From Paecilomyces variotii (taxonomy: Eukaryota): a DNA stretch of 64,000 bases. This document shows, one piece after another, positions 50,501 through 61,986 of the stretch; the first letter of the stretch is position 1; each line of letters starts with the position of its first letter. The translations under genes and the position numbers were made by a program. Location: the NCBI GenBank assembly GCA_004022145.1, contig RCNU01000008.1. One strand, given 5' to 3'. The notes beneath the pieces are model-generated. The model worked only from the letters and a program-made list of their open reading frames with translations. It was not told the DNA's origin and did not search any database.

Positions 50501-53014
50501 AAGCTGCTGCGGCAATGTTCGCGCAGAGGCAGCATACGGATTAACACTTTTTGTTGGGGAGCTAGGATCATGCACAGAAGCAGGTCTTTGGAATGGTTCA
50601 GTCGTAGTCATTGACAGACTTGGACCAGCTAGCTGTCTCCCGGGAGACTGTGTAATTGACCTCCGGGGAGGGGCGAACTGCACATCATTAGCAGGCGCAG
50701 GCAGCTGCGAGGGAATCCTTGGCTGAGGTATATGTTGCGGTTGCGGCTGCGGCTCCGATTCGACTCGCCCTGCAAACTCATTGACGTAGGTTGGAGGTGC
50801 ATATCGGTTGCTAGAGGGAGACATCTGCTGGGAGGGCACCGGAGAATTGAGGTGCTCGGGAGTCTGCCCTCGCTGCAGGAGAGGAGGTGATACACTTTCC
50901 TGTTGTGCTTCTGGTACTTCAAAGGAGGCTTGAGGTCGATACGCATTTCTCTCATGATGAGCGAGGGGGCTTGACGTGCGCGGCTGGAAGGGCAAGACGT
51001 TCGACTGAGGACCAACACCTGCTGGTTGAGAAGCATAGCGATTGCGAGCAGGCGGCGCAGTAGACTGAGGAGGCGGAGCGGGGGAGTATCTCGGAGATGG
51101 TGGAGGTTTGGCCGCTAGTTGCCCAGGAGGCTGGGGCGAGTATCTCGAGGCGGCACCGGGCCCTGCCGAAGGAGCACTCGGGACAGGAAGAGTAGCATAC
51201 GGATCTATGCGTTCGGGCTGTTGAAGCTTAGACGCGTATGAATCGGTAGCGGGGCGGGGAGGGGCTGAAGACAAAGGCGCAGAAGGCGGTACAGCCACTG
51301 GCGGTGAAGGTACGGCAGTTGAAGCAGCAGCAGGCTGTGGAGTATATCTACCTCTGCTTGCTGGACGAGACTTCGAGGGCGGAGGAAGCTCTTCATAGAA
51401 ATTTTTGGGCGCCGTCACTGGTGGTGCCGGCGGCGTCGCTGCCGGTGGAGGCGGCATACTAGTAATGCTACTGCTCCTGGGAGGAGGAGGGGGCATGGCA
51501 GTAGCCGCAGATGTAGCAGTAACCGGCGACACGACGACGGGCTTAGGCGTTTTAACCGCCCTCCTTGGACGTGTCAGGTCGACTGGGATGTCATAAGGGG
51601 ATTTATAGCCCTCCTTTGAGCGATGTACGAAGCTTTCAGCTTTCTCCCCAGTAGCTGCCGGTTGGGGCTGATTGGAATATGCCGGTGGAACAAAGGGACT
51701 GCTTCCCTGCCCGTATGTCGGCAGAGGTAAACCCTGTGTCAGCTCTGATATCGATGGTTGATGAGGCGTGTATAGATTCGGCTTGACTTGAGAGTCGACA
51801 AAGCCTTGCTGAGGCCAGTAACCTGTGTTTTGACTCGCTGGTTGGATATCATTCAGAGGTGTAGGTTCCGGAACTGGTTGTGTAGCTGCCGGAGTATTTC
51901 CAGCGAGATCGTCATCTATCAACAAGTCGTCGTCATCCAATTCAGCTTGCCATCGAGCAGCAAGGTCCTCCTCAGATGATGTCTTTTGGATAGACTGAGT
52001 ATTTTCTCCATCAGGAGGTTGCAAAAACGGTGCTGGACTCTCACTACTTTCTTCATCCCTAGAAAAGTCCATAGAACCTAATACCTCCGACGTGTCCTTG
52101 CGCTTGACAGGAGGAGGAACCACTTCTGGAACAGAGGACTTCTGCGCAGAGCTAAAGAAGTCATCACCTTCATAATCATCGTCAAAAATCTTGGATAATC
52201 GGCTGCCCCTTTTGGCTTCTGGCGAGACCGGTGTCTCAGGCAGATCCTCCACGAGAGGGATGCCCTCTTCATATCGAGTTTCAGCTTCTGGAGGTACGTA
52301 GATTGGTTTGGTCTGCGTCCTCAACTGATCAAAGAAGTCGTCTTCTGAATCTGTGGCACCGTTCCCCGACTCATTCCAATAGGCGTTCTCTTTCTCCCGG
52401 GTTTCCCCATTCGTAGTCTGAGACATTGGCAGGTGTGTCTGCTCGCTCGCAGCGGGCTCTTCTGGGTCGGTAGCCAACTCCGTGGCAGCAACATCCTCCT
52501 TCGGAACAGCAGACTCTGCCAAAGCTGAATCCGAATTCGTCAAACCATTCGTCTCCTCGCCTTGAGCATGCCCTGTAGAAGCACCGATAGAATCGAAAGC
52601 GGAAGCCGTCTCGTCATCGCCCCAATCAAATCCATCCGCGCGTTTCTCTCCAGAATCTCCGGTGGCATTGGCAGACGATATCCCAGGCTCGTTATTTTCC
52701 TGGGGTGGTGTGCTCGATTCAGACTCTGCGTGAGTGTGCCCATTTCCGCCTTCAATGGGATTCTGAACCGGACTATCAGAACCACCATGGTCGATCGTGG
52801 GCACAACACCATTCTCATCCGAAGCCTCTGGTGCGTTATGTCTCTCTGACAGATTATCTAAAATCTCCGGTGCAGAGTTCTTTGCGCTCAAGTGTAAACT
52901 GGTCGATTCCGCAGACGGCAGAGGATGGTCCTCTGCCGTCTCCGCTCGGAGGGCGGGATTCCACGAAGCGTCGGGCGCGACTGCAGACGCGCCATTTCCA
53001 TTGCTGCTGGACAT
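47542..53014 (-). CDS. sec16: COPII coat assembly protein Sec16
   Basis: Central domain (WKGAPIIGFGFGG, YPGPLKSK, LWGHAMLIS, LLTEVYEF) and C-terminal [23 protein letters not shown] and GYVDVM; intron 48132-48189. Confidence 0.93.
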
Positions 53015-54197
53015 GGTGCCTTCCCTGAGGTATCGAACAAAGAAGAGATCAAAGCTACTGCCATCTTGTCAGTCTCATAGACTTCCTAAGCGCTCAGGGG
53101 CGGCAAGGCGATGATGGCAACATCAACGTAATGGCGACTCACTTATACTGTACACATGGAACAAGAAGGAAAAGGACAAACAGAAACACACGAATCTGTC
53201 TTTCTCAGTTAATGAAGACACAATCTGCGCACGGTCATGACGGAAAGACAATGGCGTATCGCATGCCCGTGAGATTCTGGACCGAGACCACTGGCCAGCT
53301 TGACGCCGTTTGAGACTCCGGGGCCTTGAAGTACGGGACGCGCTGGCGGCTTCATATTGTTCCGTCCGGAGATGGCCAGCTATCCTTTGCCGCAGTCACG
53401 TGCACAGATGATGTCTTGACCGATCTATGGTAAGACAGCTGTGAAACAGGCCAGGTTGCTCAGAGCCCTTGGGGCTTATATACATATTGGTTGTAAATAT
53501 ATAAAGAACACTTTGAGCGATGGTGTTTGTCACGGCTAGTGCCAGATTTGCAGTTGTGCTGCAGCTTCTTGTGGTGTAGTTGAATGACGTTTTGTTTCTA
53601 GGCTACCTACGAGTATGTACAGTACAGTACAGTACTTATGGATCTCCAGGCCAAACATAGTAGTAGGGATGGGTATCATCCACCATCTGAACTGGCTTCT
53701 TTGGCGATAGTATAGTGCTTGACGATGCTCATATTCCTGGAATAATTATACTCAAATATAAAAATTGCACTCTATAGAGAGCGCACAGTGTAAATGCAAC
53801 GCGATTTGAATGGCTGCGCCACAACCCAAAGAAGTCTCGAGACGTGGCTTCGATCCGGCCGGTATCGCACGTGACTGGCCCGCAGTTACACATCTGGTGG
53901 CAGCACCAGATGGCCAGGCAGTGCTTGACTGAAACACTACATGGGTACCGCGATAATTCCGGCTTCCAAAACATCATTTTCGTCTATGGTGAGAAGATCG
54001 ACTAGCGAAATAACTGTCCGTTCTGGCTTTTATCTACGTTGAGCTGAGTTTCCTTCCTATTTGCTCACAAACATAGCTGCCTGTCGCGCCTCCCTACGGA
54101 ATCAAACGCGATGATCCTCTGGAGCTCTCTACACTGCTACTCGACCTGACATGATATGCGAGCATGCGTCTTGTATAAACAATTTGGTTTTGGATGA

Positions 54198-57100
54198 ATG
54201 TGGTCACAGACTTTTCAGACCATGTCTTTGTCCGCTGAACACCTGCATTCGATTGACAGCGCCGGCGACTCCGGTTCGGAGGATGATCTTGACTTAGAGG
54301 AGCTGGATCCTGAGGCGGAGGGTAATTCCCATTCCTTCAGACAACCTGGGAATAATGCTGGGAAGCGGAGAGGTTATGGAGACGGTATTGCTCTCAGAAA
54401 CTTACGCGTAGGGGGTAGGGGTCGTCTTTGGGGACGACATCAGCGCCGTGAATCAGAGGACGACCTGGACGCCTTGTTGGAGGAACAAGGTGACGAGACT
54501 GGCCGAGTGTCTGGAAGCTCGAACAACTTCCCAGAGGACGATGCACCTCTTCTGCGCAGTTCGACTCGTGGTGGCCTGCGCCCGTCGATACACGACGAAC
54601 CGTCCACCACGCGAATCGGCCGATTCCGCCTCCCTAGTTTCAAAGCGACAAACGCATCACATCTCCCATTCAGTAACCAGGATGCTGCTGAGAGCGCTCC
54701 TGAAGATGCACCTTCGCGGGAAGTCCTGGTAGGACAAGCCCAGAAGACCAAATTCCCTGCGAACGTCGTCTCGAATGCAAAATATACCCCGTGGAGCTTC
54801 CTGCCTCGCACGTTGTACAATGAGTTCTCCTTCTTCTTCAACATTTATTTCCTTCTCATTGCCCTTTCGCAAATCATCCCTATTCTGCGAATTGGATATC
54901 TATCGACCTACATTGCGCCTCTTGCCTTCGTTGTCTCCATATCACTCGGTAAGGAAGCTCTTGATGACATAGGGCGTCGAAGAAGGGACGCAGAAGCGAA
55001 TGCGGAGGAGTTCACGGTTTTGTCTTTCGGCCGACCAGTCGCCCGGGGCCATGCGCGAGTGCTGTCAGCTGCCCAGAGCCCCGAAGTTGACAGCTCCAAA
55101 CTATACGAGATCAAGAAGAAATCCCGCGATCTTAAAGTAGGCGACATTCTCAAGCTCCGTAAGGATCAGCGTCTGCCTGCCGATGTGGTCATCTTGAAAA
55201 GCACACTGAACGACGCATCCGCATCTGAGTCCCAAGAGTCCACCTCCGAGGCTGCACAGGAACCTGTGTCGGATCTCATTGATGCAGCTATCACAAATTC
55301 CCCGGTAGATGCGCAAGGCTCAACACTCGATAACACCATCGCGGCCGTCTCTTCCACCTCAACAGATGCAACCAATGATACGTTCATTCGGACCGATCAG
55401 CTTGACGGAGAGACAGACTGGAAATTACGTCTTCCTTCCACACTCTCACAAGGTCTCCTCCTCAGCGATTACCCGCGACTGAAGGTCACCGCTGGTCCTC
55501 CTGAAAAGGACGTTAACAAATTCGTGGGTACGATTGAGCTAATGCAGCCCGGTGGTGCTGCCTATGACCCTCATATCGACAAGTCCAGGAACCCTGCATC
55601 TCCTGGGGCGGATACCGACGGTGACCAAGGCGGTGAGCCATCACGGAACACTTCTGCCCCCTTGACAATCGACAACACTGCCTGGGCGAACACTGTCATT
55701 GCATCGAACACCACGACCCTAGCGGTTATCATATACACGGGATCGCAGACGCGATCGGCGTTATCAACGTCGCCTTCTAGGTCTAAGGTGGGCTTACTGG
55801 AATATGAAATCAACAGTCTAACCAAGATACTATGCGTATTAACCTTTCTATTATCCATCATCTTGGTTGCTTTAGAGGGATTCCAACCCACTAACGACAA
55901 AGAATGGTATATCGCGATCATGATCTACCTGATTCTCTTCTCGACCATTATTCCCATGAGTCTGCGGGTCAACCTTGATATGGCGAAGTCCGTCTACGGC
56001 CGTTTTATCGAGCGCGACAAAGATATCCCTGGAACAGTTGTCAGAACTAGTACCATCCCCGAAGATCTGGGGCGGATAGAATATCTACTGTCAGATAAGA
56101 CGGGAACACTAACACAAAACGAAATGGAGTTGAAAAAGATCCATGTTGGAACTGTTTCATACGCAAATGAGGCAATGGAGGAAGTTGCTTCTTATATCCA
56201 ACAGGGTTTCTCCGGGACCCCTACGGGTAACGGGGCAGCGCCAGTATTGATCACACCATCATCGGTATTTGGCGCTCATGCTGGGGCGGGCGGTGCTACA
56301 CGAACGCGCAGAGAGATAGGATCTCGTGTTCGAGATATTATCCTTGCCTTGGCTCTGTGCCATAACGTCACTCCGACAACTGACGAAGAAGATGGCCGAA
56401 AAGTTACTAGTTACCAGGCTTCATCCCCCGATGAGATTGCCATCGTGAAGTATACTGAGGAAGTTGGTCTTCGACTGGCGTATCGCGACCGCCAAAGGAT
56501 CGTTCTCGAGTCTACTCACACGAATAATGTGGTTGTACGCGTCCGTATCTTGGATGTTTTCCCCTTCACTTCCGATAGCAAACGCATGGGTATCATAGTC
56601 CGATTTGAAAATACTGTCGGTCAGCAAGATCTCTCCAAGGATGACCCCGAGATATGGTTCTATCAGAAAGGTGCAGATACTGTTATGTCTTCTATAGTTG
56701 CGGCCAATGACTGGCTGGATGAGGAAACAGCAAATATGGCCAGAGAAGGTCTGCGAACTCTCGTCGTTGGCAGGAAACGGCTTTCCTTTCAGCAATACCA
56801 GGCCTTTTCTGCAAGCTACAAGGAAGCATCCCTAGCCCTTCATGGTCGGGATGTCGGGATGGCCAAGGTTGTTGGCCAGCATCTTGAGCGCGATCTTGAA
56901 CTTCTAGGTGTGACTGGTGTTGAAGACCGTCTACAAAAAGACGTGAAGCCATCTCTTGAGCTTCTGCGCAATGCTGGCGTTAAAATATGGATGCTGACTG
57001 GTGACAAAGTCGAGACTGCACGCTGTGTTGCTGTTTCAGCAAAATTGGTTGCTCGAGGCCAGTACATTCATACTGTTGCCAAACTGAAAGAAAAGTCCGT

Positions 57101-58115
57101 CGCTCAGGAAACTCTTGATTTCCTTCGAAACAAGACCGATGCATGTCTTCTCATCGATGGTGAATCACTATCTCTGATGTTGGCCCAGTATCGGTCTGCA
57201 TTTATTACTGTCGCCGTCCGTCTGCCCGCTGTGATTGCCTGTCGATGCTCCCCGACTCAGAAAGCAGAAATTGCAGATCTGATCCGACAGCATACTAAAA
57301 AGCGCATTTGCTGCATTGGTGATGGAGGTAATGATGTCTCCATGATCCAGTCTGCGGATGTTGGTATCGGTATTGTGGGCAAGGAAGGTCGACAAGCCTC
57401 CTTGGCCGCGGACTTTAGCATAACGCAGTTTCATCATGTCACTAAACTGCTGGTGTGGCACGGGCGGAACTCCTATAAACGCTCGGCGAAGTTGGCACAA
57501 TTCATCATGCATCGTGGGCTTGTCATCAGCGCATGTCAGACTATGTACAGCATCGCTAGCCACTTCGATCCTAAAGGTCTGTTTGTTAACTGGCTTATGG
57601 TCGGTTACGCCACGATATATACAAACGCCCCTGTTTTCTCCCTTGTTCTGGACCGTGACGTCGACGAGGAACTAGCGAACCTTTACCCCGAGCTTTACAA
57701 AGAACTGAAAACCGGCCGAAGCCTGAGCTACCGTTCCTTCTTCACGTGGGTTATGGTCTCCGTATACCAGGGTGCAGTTATCCAGGGTCTCTCGCAGATC
57801 CTTGTCGGCGCTATCAGTGGTCCCCGACTTATCAGCGTGTCATTCACCGCATTGGTTCTCAATGAACTCCTGATGGTGGCTATTGCTGTGACGACCTGGC
57901 ACCCGGTCATGATCTTCTGCATCCTTGGAACGGCGCTGGTATATGCAGGCAGCGTTCCGTTCCTGGGAGACTACTTCGATCTCGCATACGTTATCACTTT
58001 GGACTGGGTCTGGCGAGTTGTCGTAGTATCAGCGGTGTCGGTGATCCCAGTCTGGATCGGAAAGCTTGTGAAGCGGGCCTGGAGCCCTCCAAGCTACCGC
58101 AAGGTTAGAGGCTAA
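54198..58115 (+). CDS. neo1: P4-ATPase phospholipid flippase, Neo1/DnfD type
   Basis: DQLDGETDWK, IIPMSLRV, DKTGTLT, LTGDK and GDGGND motifs in a single 1305 aa ORF; the start may be the second Met at 54222. Confidence 0.95.
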   Translation: MWSQTFQTMSLSAEHLHSIDSAGDSGSEDDLDLEELDPEAEGNSHSFRQPGNNAGKRRGYGDGIALRNLRVGGRGRLWGRHQRRESEDDLDALLEEQGDETGRVSGSSNNFPEDDAPLLRSSTRGGLRPSIHDEPSTTRIGRFRLPSFKATNASHLPFSNQDAAESAPEDAPSREVLVGQAQKTKFPANVVSNAKYTPWSFLPRTLYNEFSFFFNIYFLLIALSQIIPILRIGYLSTYIAPLAFVVSISLGKEALDDIGRRRRDAEANAEEFTVLSFGRPVARGHARVLSAAQSPEVDSSKLYEIKKKSRDLKVGDILKLRKDQRLPADVVILKSTLNDASASESQESTSEAAQEPVSDLIDAAITNSPVDAQGSTLDNTIAAVSSTSTDATNDTFIRTDQLDGETDWKLRLPSTLSQGLLLSDYPRLKVTAGPPEKDVNKFVGTIELMQPGGAAYDPHIDKSRNPASPGADTDGDQGGEPSRNTSAPLTIDNTAWANTVIASNTTTLAVIIYTGSQTRSALSTSPSRSKVGLLEYEINSLTKILCVLTFLLSIILVALEGFQPTNDKEWYIAIMIYLILFSTIIPMSLRVNLDMAKSVYGRFIERDKDIPGTVVRTSTIPEDLGRIEYLLSDKTGTLTQNEMELKKIHVGTVSYANEAMEEVASYIQQGFSGTPTGNGAAPVLITPSSVFGAHAGAGGATRTRREIGSRVRDIILALALCHNVTPTTDEEDGRKVTSYQASSPDEIAIVKYTEEVGLRLAYRDRQRIVLESTHTNNVVVRVRILDVFPFTSDSKRMGIIVRFENTVGQQDLSKDDPEIWFYQKGADTVMSSIVAANDWLDEETANMAREGLRTLVVGRKRLSFQQYQAFSASYKEASLALHGRDVGMAKVVGQHLERDLELLGVTGVEDRLQKDVKPSLELLRNAGVKIWMLTGDKVETARCVAVSAKLVARGQYIHTVAKLKEKSVAQETLDFLRNKTDACLLIDGESLSLMLAQYRSAFITVAVRLPAVIACRCSPTQKAEIADLIRQHTKKRICCIGDGGNDVSMIQSADVGIGIVGKEGRQASLAADFSITQFHHVTKLLVWHGRNSYKRSAKLAQFIMHRGLVISACQTMYSIASHFDPKGLFVNWLMVGYATIYTNAPVFSLVLDRDVDEELANLYPELYKELKTGRSLSYRSFFTWVMVSVYQGAVIQGLSQILVGAISGPRLISVSFTALVLNELLMVAIAVTTWHPVMIFCILGTALVYAGSVPFLGDYFDLAYVITLDWVWRVVVVSAVSVIPVWIGKLVKRAWSPPSYRKVRG

Positions 58116-59002
58116 TGTGTTGGATCATTCTGGTTCTGTTGATTTGCTTGGTTTATCTGGGAGCAAAGGTGTTTCTGGCGCTTCGTTGTCGATGGTTGTC
58201 AGCAAGCCTGATGACATCATGTTTTCCGTAGTTATAGCCTCAGCGTGATATCTATAGATGGGTGCTCTTCCTGTTGATGTTCTCAAAATCATAGCATCGA
58301 ATCGATTCTTTTTCATCAAGGGAATTACAGACTGCATTATCAGCATCATGGAGGCGTAGACCATAGCCTAAAAATAGCCCCCAATCGGATCAACAAACAC
58401 GTCTGCCTGTGCTTTGGGGTCCGATTGTTGGAGCTGCAACCAACACCAACGGCCGTAACCTGAGCATTCCTCCGACTCCCCGAGTCGGCAGACGGAGTAT
58501 CCAACTCTGCGACGGGAGAACATGGCCGTCGATTGCGCCGTACGATCCAGTCCTGAGCACAACTGACAGGTTGAAAGAGTAAAAGAGAATTCCCGCAGAT
58601 GGAGGCGTTTATTAGGGCCGTAAGACCTTTTTGCGGCTGAACTTGAGCAATACACATGTACTACCTAAATGCGGGGGGCAGCACTCGGGCCAATTGCTTA
58701 TTTCTTTGCGCTCTGAATGGGGGCCGACGGCGAACAGAGCAAGTCCGAGTAAGCAGAGAGATATAATCTCGTATAGATCCTTGCTTGGTCTTCTTTTCTC
58801 TAGAGCTTATTTATATCATTAATCCTTGGGTTGAGGGTGAAGTGCTTTTGTTCTCAAATACAGCGACAGTACTTCTGTCACACAAATATATCATCCTCAT
58901 CGAAGGCCCAATCTGTCTCGATCTTCGCAACGGATACTCATCACATAGCTGTCCATTTCTCGCGTTTGGCATCTACGAACGATATATAATTCCGTTGCAA
59001 CC

Positions 59003-60247
59003 ATGCCAGCCCTAAAACCGATCTTCCCCCCGATGAACACGGGGCCCCAGTCCGTCTTCGCAAAAAAGGACGGGTTCAAAATGGTCCGTACGATTCGTTC
59101 CTTTGCCAAACATTCGGGCAAAGAATCCTATTTTTAATTAATGCACAACCCGCCTGCAGATTCTCAATAACAACTTCTCCCCGTCGAGCTGGCTCCTTGC
59201 CGCAGCAGCAGTCCAGGGAGTGATCACATGGCTCTTCCCAACAGTGCTGAGCTTTCTGCCTGCGCTGTTTATCCTGGGGTATCGCGTTCTGGATATGGTT
59301 TTGATTATATATGGATTTCGACAGAATCGATACATGGACGGGACCGTGGGGAGGAAAACAACGGCGCAGATCCCGGATGAAGATGGGAATTTTGGAGATA
59401 AGCCTTCGAATGCGACGGTGGTTGTGCTTTTGTTGGGTTTGAGGACTAATCAGTACGTTTGGTCTCATCGCTTAGTTCACTTGTTGAAGAGATGGAGTGA
59501 CGTTTATATGACGATTCTTTTTAAAGCGTTTGATGTCTCTCTCGTGTATACACGAACCAAAATGCTGACATACGGCGGCTGCTTTAGTCCGCTTGGAATA
59601 TTTTATCCTGGTTTCCAGAAAATCAACTCATACTTTGTCGACATGATGAAAGACCTCGAGTCAAACCGGGAGGATTATGGATGTGAGTTCTGTTTCCCCT
59701 TCTACCTACTTCAACATCTAAAAACAAACCCCCTGACAACCCGGGAATCCTTCTAGATCTCACAACTTCATCATGGATCTCCAGCTCGGACCGCGCCGCA
59801 GGCAGTGAGCTTCTGAACATATACTATTTCCGCTCTATGGATGGGTTACTCAAATTCGCACACAACCCATCCCATAGTGCCGGTGTGAACTGGTGGAATA
59901 AGACCATCAAGGAGCATCGTGATATCAGCATCATGCATGAAGTGTATGAGGCGGAGCCGGGCCATTGGGAGAACATCTACGAGAATTATTGGCCAGCAAG
60001 CTTTGGTATGCTTTCCTCTTCTTTTTCTTTTCTCGTGGAATTCATGAGAAATATGTTGGGGGTAGTGCTCTGTACTGACCATCTCTCGCTCTCGTCTGTA
60101 GCGTCGACCAAGTACCCAGTGAAGAATCAGACCGCAGACGAGAAAGATACTGCACCACAACAATGGGTGAACGGCATGGTCGATGCGGCGACGGGAAGTC
60201 TCAACTCCTCAATGAAGAGGATGAGAAGGTTCCCAAGTCGTCACTGA
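59003..60247 (+). CDS. DUF4188 / Af470-like monooxygenase
   Basis: Multi-exon: NFSPSSWL, GRKTTAQIP, LLGLRTN|.PLG, YFRSMDGLLKFAH..H..GVNWW and IMHEVYEAEPGHWENIYEN, typical of fungal DUF4188 proteins. Confidence 0.82.
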
Positions 60248-60410
60248 ATTGTTGGTTCATGTGGAAATTGAGGAAGTTTTCGTAGTTCTGGTCCGAGTGC
60301 TCTTTCAATTTCATCTATATTGGGCCTACTTTCATGGGCTGTTTTTCAGCTCTATAATGACCTGTCATGTTTGCAGCGTTTCGACGAGTTTGGTTTGTGA
60401 AAAGCGATAG

Positions 60411-60440
60411 TCTTCTTCTTCTTCTTCTTCTTTTTTTTTT
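60411..60440. repeat. (CTT)n plus poly-T tract
   Basis: tcttcttcttcttcttcttc followed by ten T. Confidence 0.85.
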
Positions 60441-60685
60441 CTTCTTTCTCTCTTTCTCCTTTTCCCCGTAAATCCAAGTCTTTCAAATATTGATGGAAAT
60501 CTAATTTGCAGGACGTAGAGCCATACTATAAAATCATGCAGATTAGAGTAAACTCAGCCGGATTCTTCTTCTTCTTCCTTCAACAACATCTTTACCCATT
60601 CGTTTGAAAAGTTCACTCTAGATCAGATCATCATTTGGGAGGGGCTATCAGTAGTCCTGCAGAAAAATGTCATTGTTTAGACTTA

Positions 60686-61294
60686 TCATTGCGTCATCCT
60701 CGAGAGTTTGTCCACCTCAGATGGCATAAATGCCATCACAGGATCACCGAGAGAATCACTATCGTCAGATATTTGCTGATAGACAAGCCTCCGTAAGGAT
60801 CTTCTATGGCCCAGTGCAGAGCCCCAGATCAATAATGGGTTCGAGGAGCTCACTACCGACACATACAACTCTTCAAGTCCTTCGAACGCACCGAGGAAGC
60901 TAGAAAGCGCGAGAGCGCTCTCCATGTCTTCCATATGTAGATCAGATTCAATCGGCAAGTAGGAAATACGATTCCTGGGTTTCCGTCACTGATCTTTGCG
61001 ATCTCATTCGCGGCAATCCTTTTCATGAAATACATTAGCTTAAGATACCAGTTGAGACACCAACATCCAAGATGAAATGAGTTATGCTCTATGACGGAGC
61101 ATTCAGTGATGTGATCCCGATTATCCAGCTCGGGCCACGAGATAGATATTCTCCAAATATCGGAATCCTGACAAGGAAATCTCCTCGTAACCCACCAGTG
61201 CGGAGACTAATAGACTTGAGCTTTTTTCTGCTTCTGTAATAGAAGGCCGGAAGAACCGAGGAGCTCCTCTGGAACGCACATGCCTAGATCCCAA
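60686..61294 (-). pseudogene. Frameshifted remnant of a fungal F-box/LRR-like hypothetical gene
   Basis: Protein-like fragments in different frames (WDLGMCVPEELLGSSGLLLQKQKKLKSISLRT; ISLSGFRYLENI; LSSFLGAFEGLEELYVSV..IWGSALGHRRSLRRLVYQ) interrupted by stops and frameshifts. Confidence 0.55.
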
Positions 61295-61986
61295 CTATTT
61301 TGGGACGGAATTCGATTAGATACTAGACGTAGTTACGAAAGAAAATAACTGGCGGCTAGAGCAAGAATGGGTGTTCAAGCAGCTGTTTGGCTGTCTTGCG
61401 TTCCTCTGGCATCCATTTAAGCATCGACCTAGTGAACGCCAAAAATAGCTCTCCCAGAAATCTTGATTCTCTTCTTCAAGGCCGCAGGTCTGCGGGGTGA
61501 TAGAATAGGAGCAGGCTCATGCGCACCCTGGGGAGCCTGCTTTTTGTATCACACAGTATGGCAACATGTTGAAGGTGAGGTGGAACAGGAAGAGGGAACA
61601 GGAAGATACGTTGTCAGTATCACATGACTGGGCCGCCCAATGTTCAAATACAGTGGGTACTCAGCTATGCCACTATTCCTTTTCTGTTTATCATGTGATA
61701 TCAGGTGATCTACTTCGTAAACAAGAGAAATAGTTACCTAGGTAATTAGCTGAATCAGACAACTATCGTTCAGTGGATGCCTCATCTGTCCACTCTGCTT
61801 CCACACGCAAGCCCATGTTGACAGAAGTGCGACGGAGGGACTCAATCCTGTCAAGATTTACGATCGCCCAGAAGTGATGAACAGCGGGCCGTAAGCGGTC
61901 TAAGAACGGGACCCAGGCTCAAAGCGAACATCGGGTCCTTCCATGGATGTGACAGCCTACTGATTCGAGGCTTAAGCGCATCAACT

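Noticed and set aside
61618-61700. 10-bp inverted repeat TATCACATGA/TCATGTGATA
   Set aside because: Too short, with no target-site duplication, to call a MITE; could be paired E-box-like sites or chance.
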